This document shows positions 1-13,100 of a DNA stretch of 64,000 nt, one piece after another; position 1 is the stretch's first letter; the number at the start of each line of letters is the position of its first letter. The stretch comes from Tubulanus polymorphus (taxonomy: Eukaryota; Animalia; Nemertea), in the NCBI RefSeq assembly GCF_964204645.1, contig NC_134030.1:975355-1039354 (forward strand). Reading direction: 5' to 3'. The notes below the pieces were generated by a model. The model was not told the DNA's origin, made no database searches, and worked only from the letters and a program-made list of their open reading frames with translations. The position numbers and the translations under genes are program-made.

Positions 1-99
1 TTCTTATCTGCTACTAATTCCATTCACTACAAGGCCTTTCTAACAGTAACTGTGGCTCCTTGAGGTCATTTATCAAGTAGGCTACACACTTAAGCAGAT

Positions 100-370
100 G
101 GTTGGTTCCATAGTCGAGACTTACGTCCAAAAGTGGTCTTAAATCTTAAGACTGGTCTTAAGCTGTAAGATCAGCTATAGAACTCAGATAGTCTTAGACT
201 GGTCTTAAGTCTAAGCCATGACTATGGAACCGGCCACTGTTGCTTAGTCATGGCTTAGACTTAAGACCAGTCAAAGACCAACTTAGTTCTATAGCCAATC
301 TAACAAGTTAAGACTGATCTTAAGATTTAAGACCACTTTTGGACATAAGTCACGACTGTGCAACTGACCG
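100..370. mobile_element. Two adjacent, oppositely oriented copies of a roughly 135-bp MITE
   Basis: TIR-like ends GGTTCCATAGTC / GACTATGGAACC (100-235); second degenerate copy 237-370 in inverse orientation; same element at 37235-37374. Confidence 0.7.
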
Positions 371-502
371 ATGAGGATTAAGTATAAACTAACCTATGAA
401 GGGGGGAGGGGTGAAAATTGGCCACTTTTGACAAGAAAAGGTTTCAAGGTGCAAGAAAGACAATGAGTGCGACGCCCCCTATTAACACACGCTGATACTT
501 AC

Positions 503-1773
503 AACGAGCGATATTTCAACTGTTCGTTTTCAGCCGTGAATCTGGAGGGGATTTCCCCACTGGCGGCGGCCATGACGGGTGAATCATTGATTGAATCCTC
601 GTCACAACTCTCTCCGCCTGAACTACTCTCGGTCGCGTCCGAATCAAATCTCGTCTCTACGCATGAGATTTTACGTTCCAGATGAAACGCTTTACGATCG
701 ATCTCCGTACGAGTCGCCGCGTCCAGATGGATAACACTATTAGGCGGCGTCGACGGACCGGTACCGGCGAGACGTTGTTTTAAAGAGATCGCGCGGACTG
801 CGGCAGAATTCGTCGTACGGACCGCGGCGGGCGTAGAAGTCTGTAGTTTACGAACTAAATTCACGAGCGAAGCAGTCGACATGTTTTTAATATCGTCGCT
901 ATGCAACAATTCCGCTTTCAGCTCCGGTAAACGCTCGTTGTTGATAGATGTCGCCACCGTCGTTTCTAAGTTTCTCATTTGATCGTGAACGAACGCAGTC
1001 ATCTGATTGGTCGAATGATCGTGAACGCGACACGCTTGTAACCGGCGTAAACGTCTCAGTAAATATTGCGATCGTTTTTCCTGTTGTTTCTGACGTCGCG
1101 TCACTTCGCCTAAACGATCCTCCTGCGGCGAGCGAGGACGAGACGCCGGCGGAGGTATACGCACCGCGCGTACGCCCGAACGCTCGGTATCCACGGTAAC
1201 GCGAGAACCGCCGGCGACGTCGTCGTCGGCCGCGGCGGGAATCGAACCGGAATCGCATGGATTACGATTCGAACCGTCCGATTCACTTTCCTCGTCGTCG
1301 AGTCCCGTCGTCTGTTCGAGGTTGACGACCATTTTGTTTTCCGTATCGTGATTCGCTTCCGTTTTTTCTTCCGGCAATTTTGACGTTTGGTTTCGATGTT
1401 GATTCATACTATCGGCGTACTCACCAGGGGGCGTTGTTTGTTCGTCACCGGCGACGACCACAGCGTCCGGGAATTTCCGCACCGATTCAATATTCAACAG
1501 CGACAGCGGAGATTTCAACAATTGACCCGCGTGGTCGCTATGACGATGATGTAAAAATCCGTTGTTACGCGATAAAGAAAGTAATGTAGTTTTTGACAGC
1601 GTGCAGAGCTTTTGCATCGGAAAACACGATGTCAGCGAACGATCGTCTAGCTCACCGGTCGACTGCGCCGGGGTCGACTGAGCTGCGATCCTCTGAGAAT
1701 GAGTAGCGGCCTCCGTAAGTGCTGGAGCCATATTGGCCCGACAACATAGCCTCAATGGCAAAGGAGTGTACAT
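503..1773 (-). CDS. KANSL1: KAT8 regulatory NSL complex subunit 1, first coding exon (gene continues past coordinate 1)
   Basis: ORF contains MAPALTEAA (ATG 1731; alternative in-frame ATG 1773), resembling the KANSL1 N-terminus, a coiled-coil stretch (RRQKQQEKRSQYLLRRLRRLQ) and FDSDATESSSGGES, resembling the conserved KANSL1 FDSDxTxSSSGGES motif. Minus-strand donor GTAAGT at 502-497; acceptor ATTTTCAG with AG at 1901-1900. Confidence 0.88.
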
Positions 1774-2381
1774 AAATTCTGTGTTTCACAAATTTTGATC
1801 GTTGAGAACATTATAACTCGATCCTGTTCGGGGTTGAGCCCTGCAGGTGCTGCTGGCTCACTGCCCAAAACTCTTCTCACCGCTGTCCGATCAAACTGTC
1901 TGAAAATCCAATAATTACACATCAATCAACTATTCAAGACTTAAAGCGACAAACTGTTAATTAGGGTGTTGTTAATTGGTCATAATTAGACTCGGGGTCG
2001 GGTTTAATTGTAAAGGGTCACAGGTCAAAATCGTCAAAACAAATCGTTGTTTTACACAACACAACAGCGTTTACACTTCAACTATAACACGTGATTCTTT
2101 CTGTGATGAATCGGAATGAACTTTTAACCGATCTTACAGTTTATAAAACGACCATACATCATAACAACCCTAGTTAAATATAGATCGGGTCCGTACCGGC
2201 GAAATACACCCTTCAGATAACCCGGACAGAGTTCGACAGTCGGAGAAATACGCCCCATAAATGAAATACACCGACTCGATACACATACAACATGAGCTCA
2301 TCATTAATACCACGTGATTACAGACTGAGAGAGGCCACGTCTAGACTATGAATACAGTCAACATTTCAAACGCATATTTAC

Positions 2382-2660
2382 CCCTTTATTCTCGAAGCAA
2401 AGCGCCCGAAATTGTAGCGTCGCAAACTTCACGAATAGCGATCGCCCTTGCTTTAGGTTTTAGATCCATCGGTGGGCTAATAATCCGTAAATATAGCGCT
2501 GAAACGGCAGTCAAATCGACGGCGTCATTTCTGACACAAACACATAGAATTGCGTCAATACTCGATATCCCCCTCTACGAACTATTGCCTGATTGGTCGA
2601 ACGCGCTCGGCTTCTAGTCGATCAGTTCAGCGGACACCGCCCCGCTCGAATTCCAGGTTA
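2382..2660 (-). promoter_or_regulatory. Probable KANSL1 non-coding first exon and promoter (divergent from DIXDC1)
   Basis: CpG-rich patch; candidate minus-strand donor GTAAAT starting at 2381; CCAAT box (GATTGG near 2590) and GC box (CCGCCCC near 2637). Inference only. Confidence 0.35.
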
Positions 2661-5369
2661 TTCCTACGCGATTAAGCATTAAACCATCGACAGATTTCGC
2701 AGAAATCGGGATCTTATTAACGACGTTTAAAACCTTGTTTTATGAAAATGTAATTGTGACTTTTGCCCGCGGCGATTCACGAACGCGGACGCTTCGATTG
2801 ATCAATGCGAGGAGGGAGGGTACTCGCTCATCGAATGCGTCGAACTAATTCGTCGGCTTATAATTATGACAGTATATGTAACATATTTCCTCTTTGTTAA
2901 ATATTTCCCAAAGGACGATTAACCGTTTTTGTTCTCGTAGATATTCAAATTCACCTGTTGGTGCGGACATATATTCAAAATTCTCAATAATTGGTGAAAA
3001 TATGACAAAGAAAATGAAATTGATAAAATCTTTCGATATTAAAATTATAATAGTTTTATAAATAATCTTGGAAATTCTTATTTCATCATTTCGTTTGAAT
3101 CTAAAATGATGAAATGATTCAGATGAAAAAAAACTAAAAGAAAAACTATCGACAATATCTTCGACCACGCCCAGTGTCGCGCGCACCGAGCCTTGGAGAC
3201 GGTGGATTCAAATTAATTAAAACGGCGTGAATTTCCGTTATTTGTGGTGATGATCGAACAGCTATAGCCTAGATACCACTTAGATTTGACTCAGAGTTAA
3301 AATCAGTAGATAACTTTAGCGGGAATCTGGCATTTCATTTTCAACTGGGATTCGCGCACTTCAGCGAGGAGAATAACAAAACTCAAAGACTAAATAGCCT
3401 TCCAGAACCGTCATTTGAATTTAGGGGGGGGGGGGGCAAAGAAATAACAACGATATTTGCAAAAGGGCGCTTAATTTTCCAACATTTGTACGCCCTGTTT
3501 CAAAAAATCAATTATTAAGATGTCTCATCAAGCTTGCAGCTAGTAGATTTTTTCAAGACAATTTAGAAGGTTGCTGAATTATTGGAAAGCATTTCGCTCG
3601 AGTACCTACACCTAATCACGGACGTTTAAACCACATTGTCCATGACCTGATGAGTAGTGAAAGCTGCGTACTTCGAATAAATTAAGTTAACCTTACAATC
3701 TATAAGCTTCACGTGTTTAAGCCAGTGAAAGTTTAAGGATAGACCCACTGCGCGCCTGTAGGGCCGGATTATAAATCTATCACAATAGCGTTAAATCGAT
3801 GTATTTATTTCTAGTTTAGATAGTATTGTTTTTCTAAGGTAATTTTCGGTAATTGGTCGAAACACGCGAAAACCTATATAGCGGATTTCAGTGTGAGAGA
3901 GTATGTACACAGAACCAGTACTAGCCCTGAGAGTTGATCATACCTATATATGTGTGCCTTATCGTCGTATTTAGATGGGAATTCATGATGTCTGGCTACT
4001 AAATGGTAAGGATATACATATTGAATGTGTCTTTTTGCATTGGCTAAATCGTTAATGTAATGTAAAATTCCACAATTGTTGAAAGACTAAAATGTTTATT
4101 TAAACATACCAGAAATATTTCGGGTGGTTCATCAACGATCTTCTTTCGTAGACTTTTTAGACCGAAGAATGGGCCCGAGAAGGGTTGAGGTATTTTTTAG
4201 TATTTCTAGATAGATTTTTTTTCGACAGTGTTTCAATAATTTACAAAGTAATTCTTTCATCGCGGTGGATATTGTGATTTATTGATAAATCATGAATTGT
4301 TCGGAAATTCTCTGAACACTTGAAATGTAACAACGGCGGCCTCGATCGCGAAGCGAAGCGCAAACATTTACCAAAACTTCGGCAAATATAAACATTAAAT
4401 CGAGGAATAGTATACTAAAATCAACACCACGAAATTGTATAATCTCTGAAACCCCTAAGTTATCTATGTCGGTACGTGTCCACACTACAGCCCGAGTGTC
4501 CACACTACAGCCCGAGTGTCCACACTACAGCCCGAGTGTCATACCAGCTGAAATTCTGAAATGTAAAAGGATTAAATACTTTCTGACGACAGACGCCAAT
4601 CAGGTAAAACAGTTTCATCTCAGAAAATATCATAAACGTGAATCGAATTATTCAATGATCCTGAATAAGGGATTGTCCCTAATTATTTATTTGATTGGTA
4701 GATTTCGGTTGATTTTTGTTTTGATTCGGTGTCCCTTACAAACCAACCACACCTGCAGGGAGCGAAACAGGGCTGGTTTGATTTTGAAATCGGAAATCGA
4801 AGTATATATTGTCGGTGGTCGAAATTACAGATTTTTTTGTTTAAATCAAATTATTTCCATTAAACTTATATGACCAATCCCTCTCCGTCTGCCGGGGAGC
4901 ATGTTCAATGCAGGCAGGGAGGGAGGCTCCGTGTGCCAGGAGGGAGGCTCCGTGTGCCAGGAGGGAGGCTTTCTCAGACTGGGAAATATCTTTATCAACG
5001 CCGCACTTAATCAACGCATGTCGCGACTCGCAACTCATGTATTTGAAGTGTGTGTTTAATCTTATCTGTTAACATGTGCCACGTCGGGTCATTGGACCAA
5101 TTGCACAGATAGTGTCGGGGGGGGGGGGGGGGTGACAATATCTGGTGGTGGTTATTGAGTGATCGGTGTCTTCGGTATTTGTCGAAACGTCGAATAAATC
5201 ATTAACAAATGTTTCAGACTCTTAATCTATTTAATTGTCGGATTCTATCGAATCTGCTACAAGGAAGGACTCGGAGTGTTTCATTACTGGTTATTTAGCA
5301 AAATAATTTTATTCATCTCGGGTGGGGGGGGGGGGCTGATTTTCGAATTATGCGCCCAAAAAATTCCAT

Positions 5370-8300
5370 ATGCAATATCGGTGCCTTTTATCTTCGCAGA
5401 TGGATGGCTACCCGATGAGTTGTTTGATGGATCTGTGCTTCATGCAACAACAAACTAGAAATATGTTTCATCAGTCGTATTCGAATCCGGATTTAGGGAA
5501 CGAAAGCACGCTTACGCCACCTATATCGCTAGATGAACGACCCGGCGCAGACGGCTGGGATAGTGACGATTCCGATGTCACGAAGGTCAAACTGGAATCG
5601 AATACGCCGTCCTATACGCGAGCGGCGCGGGCTGTAGAGGCCTTCTTACAACTGTGGCCCCCAGCAGCGCCGACACCGGTCTCCAGATCGCATAGCGCTC
5701 ACGCAATCCAGTCCCGTGACTGTCAGCCATTGCTACTGAATCCCAGACCACACAGTAGCGGTAACCTCAATCCACGGGCATCGGGCAGGTATACCGTCAC
5801 AGGACCTGCTCAGCAAATTACAGAACAATTCTTATGTAAACAATCCAGCCTCCCGTGGCAGAATGGCAGCGCCGCTGCCGAAGATCTGGATCGTACCACC
5901 GAGCAGAGACGGAGCGCGTTCGTGCGGGTCCCAGCGCGTAGCCGGCGAAACGATAAACCCAGCAGCAGCGGCAACGCCACGCGCGGCCCAACCTCGGGCC
6001 CAGCCCAACGCAACAAGGGGAACCCGCTCACCACCTTCGAAGCCGGTCCTGGTAAACAGGGGCTTCCTAGGGTAATGATAACGGCGCCTGTCGCTGCTGG
6101 CGAGGATAGCGGTAAAACCGGCGCGGTGAAATCAGCACCGACAGTGAGAAAACCGTTCGTCACGCCGAGTGAAGACGCAAATATTAGTGAAGATTCAGAA
6201 CATCAGGTATAATTCATTTTTATTTCTGCACCTTCCTCGACTCTTTATCACTGCTGCTTAGCTATAAGCAGTGGCACAAGGCCCTATTAACTTTTGCCCG
6301 TGCCTTGTGCCGGACCCGTGATTCAAGCATTAAATAATCTTATTTTTATGAGGCTGCAGTGAGTTTGCCGTGTACCTCATGTCAGCAATTCACAGAATAA
6401 ATTATTACCTGCACAGCCTGAGATGTGCAGCCTTTGATGAATTCCATATATGAAATTCTCTCATTTTTTAAAGAATAGTTAATCGTCGGATTCCGGCCCG
6501 CTAACTTCCGTCATTTCAGTCATTTACAATTCAATAGTTTTTCGCTTTAAGATTTATCTTGCTAAACATGGCGTAACACTATCTAACGCTTTACATCCGC
6601 ATTGCCGAGAATCCTCGCTCTTGAACGGATACTCGAGCACGCATAATACAACCGTTAGACACTAGGCGCCGTATTGAGCACTCTGACGCTAATACTTACT
6701 TGAACACAAACCTCTTGACGAAATATCAGCTTCATAGGTGGCGCTCCTAACGCGGAAGTAAATCTAGCTGTCAAAATTAATTTTTTCTCGCTTAAAAAAT
6801 GTTTTCGCCGTAAAAACCCTCGTGGTTTGAGAGTTGGATTATAAAAAGTTCTTCGGAGGAGATACGTTTACAACTGTTTAAGTGTTCAGGCGTTTGGTCT
6901 GACCACCAAAAATATCAAAGATTCTATTTGAGAATAAAAAAAGAATCGATTTGAATCGTCGACTTCATCTCTGATCCACTCTTGACTGAGTCTCCGTGTG
7001 CGTGTTTGTCAGTTTGTGTGGATCCTACAGTCACACTGATCTCAATAATACTTTAAACTAATGGATGTGCAGGTAGGATTCGCTCTAATTAATTATTCAT
7101 ATCAATTTGAAATGAATTGGAAACTATTCGAGCTATCACAATGAATTCTGTTGATGATATATAGATTAGACTCTTTTAGGTTTTTGTATTTTGTTATTTT
7201 ATTGATCATAAATCAATAATGCGTACCTTGTTAGATATTTTATTATTAGATGGATTTTGTTTATGGTCTGGATACATGTGATGTGCCAAGGCCCAAGGGC
7301 TAGTAATATTCGAACACGGGGTCCGAACTAAAAAGAAAGGGCATTTCTTGGATCAGCCACTCTGAAGGAGGCTACAAGTGGGTTCTAACATCAGGGTTCG
7401 ATCTGTTTGAAAAATTCCATCAGAAAAGATGCATTTTCCGAGAGATTGAGTGTAAAATCTATAGAGAAACGTTCAACTTCAACGAGAAGGCCAAAGTACC
7501 CTAGAACCCCCTCTTAGATTCACCCGTAATTTAGACCTAACTTCTAAGATACACTCATGAGTTGAAACCCTTAGATTCGGATCAGTTTCCGGACACATTT
7601 TACCCTCATCAAAAAACCATAAGTTTTTTTTAACACCCTCAACCCGCTACGCGCCAGGTAGGGCATAATAAGCGGGTTTGATATCTCTTTTCCCAATGGG
7701 GGAGAGACCAGAGAAGAACCTTCGACCAAAAAACTCTGTCGCCACCAGGGTTTGAACCCATAAACCCTTGATTGACGAGACCAGTGACCGGCGGCTTAAA
7801 CCAACTCGGCCACTGCGCCTCTCGAAACCATAAGTGTTAATGGTTTGAACGGTAGTAGGTCCACCCCCAACAATCACCCTTATTCACTCTCTAGTAATGT
7901 AGAAAAAATGCGCCCTAAAAAAGCATTCAAATTTTTATGGGTAAACAGGATATTTAAGAATTGTTAAGAATTTTTTAGATCCGGGGCTGACTACTCCTGA
8001 GCTAATAGGCTATAGTCGTTAGAATGTAGAATGCATTTTTGGTATTGATTGAAATAAAAACAGTTATTCCTGGTCTATTCATTACCTGTATACAATAGTC
8101 TCAATGTACAGCCAGGGCTCTGTATGAAATTCAAGACACTCTCTTGTTTATTCAACTATTCAACTATTATTATCAACTGATTTATAGTAATCTTCGTAAA
8201 ATACCTTTGGAGATTGAAATATAAACAATAATAACTACAGCGGAATTGAGTTGTTTTGATTTGATAAATTAAGCAGATTTCACGGTCTGTCGATTACTAG

Positions 8301-10110
8301 TTTCACTAATATCACCGTATAAACAATCTCTCAATATTGTGTAGTTTTTGTTGGATTCTTTGCAACAAGTTTTATGATTGTGAAACGGTGATTTTTGTAT
8401 TTATTGAAAACATAAAAGTCACCAGAATTATATGTTTCAAGTATCAACTGAACCTTTCAGCATCCAGTATCCTGAAAAGGTTTTACTATCAAATCATTTC
8501 TAATATCTTCCTTAATTCTCTCTATCAGAAATTGATTAAGGAGTTTATCTGTTTGTTTTGAGGAGCTGGTTAATGGGCTAGTATTCAAATTGGTCCTAGG
8601 GCCAGTTGGCGGTAAATATAGGCCCATTAGCTAAAATTACGCAAGCAAAAATTCCAATTCAGCAACCAGCATCACGTGAGGTTTTACTATCAAATCGATT
8701 TAATTCTCTCTATCAGAAATTGATTAGGGAGTTAATCCTGTGTGTGGAGCTGGTTTTTGGGCTGTGTTCAAATTGGTCCTGGGGCCAATTGCCGGTGAAT
8801 GTTGGTTAAAATTCTTCAGCTAGAATTACTTGAGATATAAATTCCATTTCTTCAAAGTAAGCAAATATCCCTCATTGATTTATGAATTGAATGAAGGATC
8901 ATTCATTTTCTACTGTTTTAGGATAGAAATATCGAGTATCCAGATTCATTACACATTTCTAGTTGATTATTGAAACCCCTGATGGCCTTCATTCTGTTAT
9001 TATTAGACCCTGCGTCAGAGAGGATCAGTATGGAAACTCCAGTGATATGTCGCTGTGTTCTCGGGAGACGAGGCCATTTACATCTTGTAACATATTTCTA
9101 TTTCTGTCAGTGATTCATCTGTCTGGTGATTATAATCAATAATACTTGTCGCTTAGTAACCATTCATTCATTCAGTCTTTATTTCGTTTTTGGTAAAATA
9201 AACAACATAGATATTCAAATGTTCAAATATTCATGTCTGGATTCATGTCTAGAACTACATTATTCATGTTTATTTTGCATATTTTTTTTAGAAAAAAATG
9301 ATAGTGCATGACAAAATGTACAGGTTTTGAACATATTTCCCCAGTCAGAAGCACATGTAGCCGATACCTCCAGTCTGAGCTGCATTCAGACAATCGCTAG
9401 TTAGTCCACTCTAATTAGGCCCCTACCAGGAATGGACCAATTTGGAACAGACCAACTTAGTAAGATAAAATCCCACTATTTAAAGATTAAAGAATTTAAA
9501 AACCAGAATTTATTTATTAAATCTAAAATATATAAAAGACACGACGTTTCGATCTCACCCTAGAGATCATCGTCAGGTGTGAGATTAAGATTAAAAACGG
9601 GGGGGGGGGGGGGGGGTATATATACAGAGGTGGACAGGTTAATTGAGTAAATTGGTGAGTGAGTAAATAATTAGTGTTTGGCAAGGCATGAAGTAATATA
9701 CTTAGAAAGAAGGGAATTATGTGGAGAAAAGGCATTATTAACTTAGTGCATTCACTGCTAGATGTAATTAATACTGTGATGGACTGGTAATTGAAGCATA
9801 ATTTCTAGAAATGGTCCGTTGTAAAATTATGTAGAATGATCTGTCTTAACTTTGACCGTTTGGTCTGGTCTAAATTGGAATAGACCAAAAAAAGTTTTTT
9901 GAGTAAATTGATTCATTATTTTGATTGATTGATTTTTCCAGTGATTGAATATTTAAATCTCGTTCTGAATTGCGATGAAGACAAGTTTTAATCAGATAAA
10001 TAGACGTAACAGTGAATTCTCCACTGGTTGGACGGTAATTTTAAGATTCCGCTATTCAGCCTGTATTGCTGCTGCTGCTGCCGCTGCCGCTGCTGATGCC
10101 ACTACCTCTG

Positions 10111-10141
<31 letters not shown>

Positions 10142-13100
10142 CGCTGCTGCTGCTGCTTGTGTTAAGATTAAAACCCACGAAAGATTGAAAAATGAAATTA
10201 TTTAATCAATGATTAAAATCAAAATTTAAAAGACACAATATTTCAGGCTCCCTAGGGACCATCGTCAGAAGAGAGAATCCGAAATTTGATTTTAATTCTT
10301 GATAAATACGTTTTGGACAATAACCCGGTTCTCGTGTGTTTTCAAATCTAAATTTAATTTTTTTTCAAATTTTGCTTTTAAATTTGTACATATTGTAGGT
10401 TTCATGTGTATGGATAAATTTCATTATTTATGGGTTTTAATCTTATTATTTTCTCTACGCGTCTGAGTGTCCAGCGAGGCTTTGCTACAATTGCTTGTCT
10501 TTTTATGCAGTTTTTCATCACTTGCTTTTCATCGCTATCAAAGATAGATTTTATTGAATATAATGAATTCACATCGATAAGATGTGGATGATTTTTCACT
10601 CGCTGATCAGTGTGTGTTGGCATGTCAATTTATGGTTATATATTTACTGTGTTTTATATCAAAGATTTAGATGATCATAGACCCCATCCTGACTCTATGT
10701 AATAGATAGAAGATAATCCCTTTTTCTTGCGTAGCTTGAAGACAAATAAAGGTCTGTGAGATCAAGTCCTCCGTGGTTTAGATATGAGTCTTAAGTGTTC
10801 ACAGCCTTGGACATGTAAAGATAATATGCCGTTGAAATTAAAGATATATATTTATTGTCGCTTTGCTCTTTTCACCGGAACTGAAATTACTAAATAAACA
10901 CCTCTCAATTTTATGTAGGGTGCTTTGTAATTTAGTTTTAAGAATGCTTCCAGTTTTCTAGTGTAAACACTTAATGAATCAATTGACTGATTTGAATGCT
11001 GCTTGTCTCACTTATTCTCCACATTTCAAAAAAAGTTTTACGGCACTTGTCTTCAGTGTAGATGCATGCTTAAAAGTAGGGGTTCGGCAAGAAGTGATGA
11101 ATTAATGATTACTAGCTTTAAGGCTTAGCTTTTTTCGCAAAGTTATTATATTTTTGGAAAATTTCACGGGAGTATTCTATCACACCGATGAATTCTTGAA
11201 GTCCAAAAATAGTCGAATGACTGTCCACAGATTTGCTAGACAAGTAAGATGGTCTTATTAACCTTGACTAAGCCGCTGGCCCTTTTGAGTTTTATATCTG
11301 GGCCACTGTCATAAATAGTATGTATGTATAAGCAAGCATAACGTATGCCTGATAAAAAACTAATAAAACTGTTATCTTAGTCATGTATTACATATAGCAC
11401 TAACCTATGTATATTATGGTATACAGTTGTACCGGAACTTAGGCCCCTATGACGTGTCATTACTGAAACCTTGACCTTAATCTTCGAAAAAACATCAAAA
11501 CTTATCAGACGCAAATTTAATCATAAAAACTCTGTTCAAGTCGTCTCATTACTCAAAAATGTTTAATCTGTAAAAAAAGGAAAAGATAGTTCTTTATAGG
11601 TTTAATAACTAGTTTATTTATGATGCGAGCTTTTGCTACTAATGCAGTAACTTCATGGGTTCTAGACTCATTTACCCGATGAAGCCATAACTATATTAGT
11701 AGCTAAAACTTGCACTCTAAGTACTATTTGATTCTACGTTTGACTAATTCCACACCAGGGCCTGGTTTCTTAGACTGAGTATCAAAGTTATCCGTATAGG
11801 TAAATCCTCAATCTGGGTAACAACCATTGAAGTAATAATGAGAAACCATGGATATAACTGACATATTTCAAAATATTCCTTTGAACCATTTTGCTTTCAC
11901 ATCTATGAAACCCAGTCTTGGTTAACACAGGTCCTCTACAAAAAACTGTTTTCAAAAATTTTGCCCGACATTTTAAACGTCCATCTTACAGGAATATTTC
12001 ATTTGATTACTGATAAAAAAGTGTTGATGACATTTTTGTTTGATTATTTTTTACAGCAACAGTTACAAGCCTATGTAGCATGGACGAATTCACAGTTAAA
12101 ACGATTGAGTTCGGGATCCTATCGAGTCGTCGATGATCTTAGACATGATTTACAAGATGGAGTTACGTTAGTTCAATTAGTAGAGGTACTATGTAAGTAT
12201 CCTGATAACATTGCCGACAAAAATCAAATCATCTTAATGAATTGTTATTTAACCCTTTCAGTGCTGACTAATCAATACCCTAAAGTGCTGGAGATAATTT
12301 GAAAATTTTTAGAAATTCCACCCTAGTGTGTTGAATAACGGGAATACCACTATAGTGCGTCTACACCGCGGCGCGGTGTATCGTTAGTTACTAATATTTC
12401 ACTATGTTTGACACGTGCTGCCATTTTTCAAGAGAGATAATTACTAATGACTTATTACATCAATACACCGCAGTGTGGTGTACTAGCAAAATCCATCACT
12501 GATTTATACACTGCACTGCGGTGTAAACGCACTGTAAACTAACTTTAAGGAGCAAAACCCATGGTTGATGATTTAACAGTTTATTCTGACAATTTCTTTG
12601 ACTAGAAAAAATTTTGAAACTATCAGCGTAAACTGTTGAACCATCAACTGTCGGTTTTGCTCGTAAGGTATGAAGTTATTTATGTAATGTTGCTGTATGT
12701 TGTTTGTATTTGAAGCTGGTGAACAGTTAGAAGGTGTTTGTAGAACTCCACACGCCCTCACTCAGATGAAACAGAATGTGGAAAAAGTGTTAGAATTTAT
12801 GTCTAATAATCAAATTAGAATGCATCATACAACAGCGAAAGGTTTGTGTTAAAACTACAAAGTTCCATGGTTCCCTGAGTTTGACTCAGAATCGTTTTCA
12901 ATGCTTTCACGCTTGAGTTATATCTTAATCAACGAATCCTGGATCCACATCCACAGTGATGACATTTAAAAAATTTTTTTTCCTAGATTCTAAAAACTCT
13001 GACCAAATTTCTTCAATTTAGCTACGGTTATCAAAACGTTTTGAATTTCAAGAAATTTATTTTTTCGGATTTTATGAATTTTCAAATATTTCACTCATTT

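Noticed and set aside
899-1258. Arg-rich 119-aa ORF and other short ORFs overlapping KANSL1, DIXDC1 exon 1, the GRL101-like gene and Vang
   Set aside because: Alternative-frame or antisense shadows of GC-rich real exons with no independent evidence.
3646-3680. CTGATGA hammerhead-like core (also about 51669-51692)
   Set aside because: The GAAAC half-core after stem II and stem I pairing are missing; at most highly decayed.
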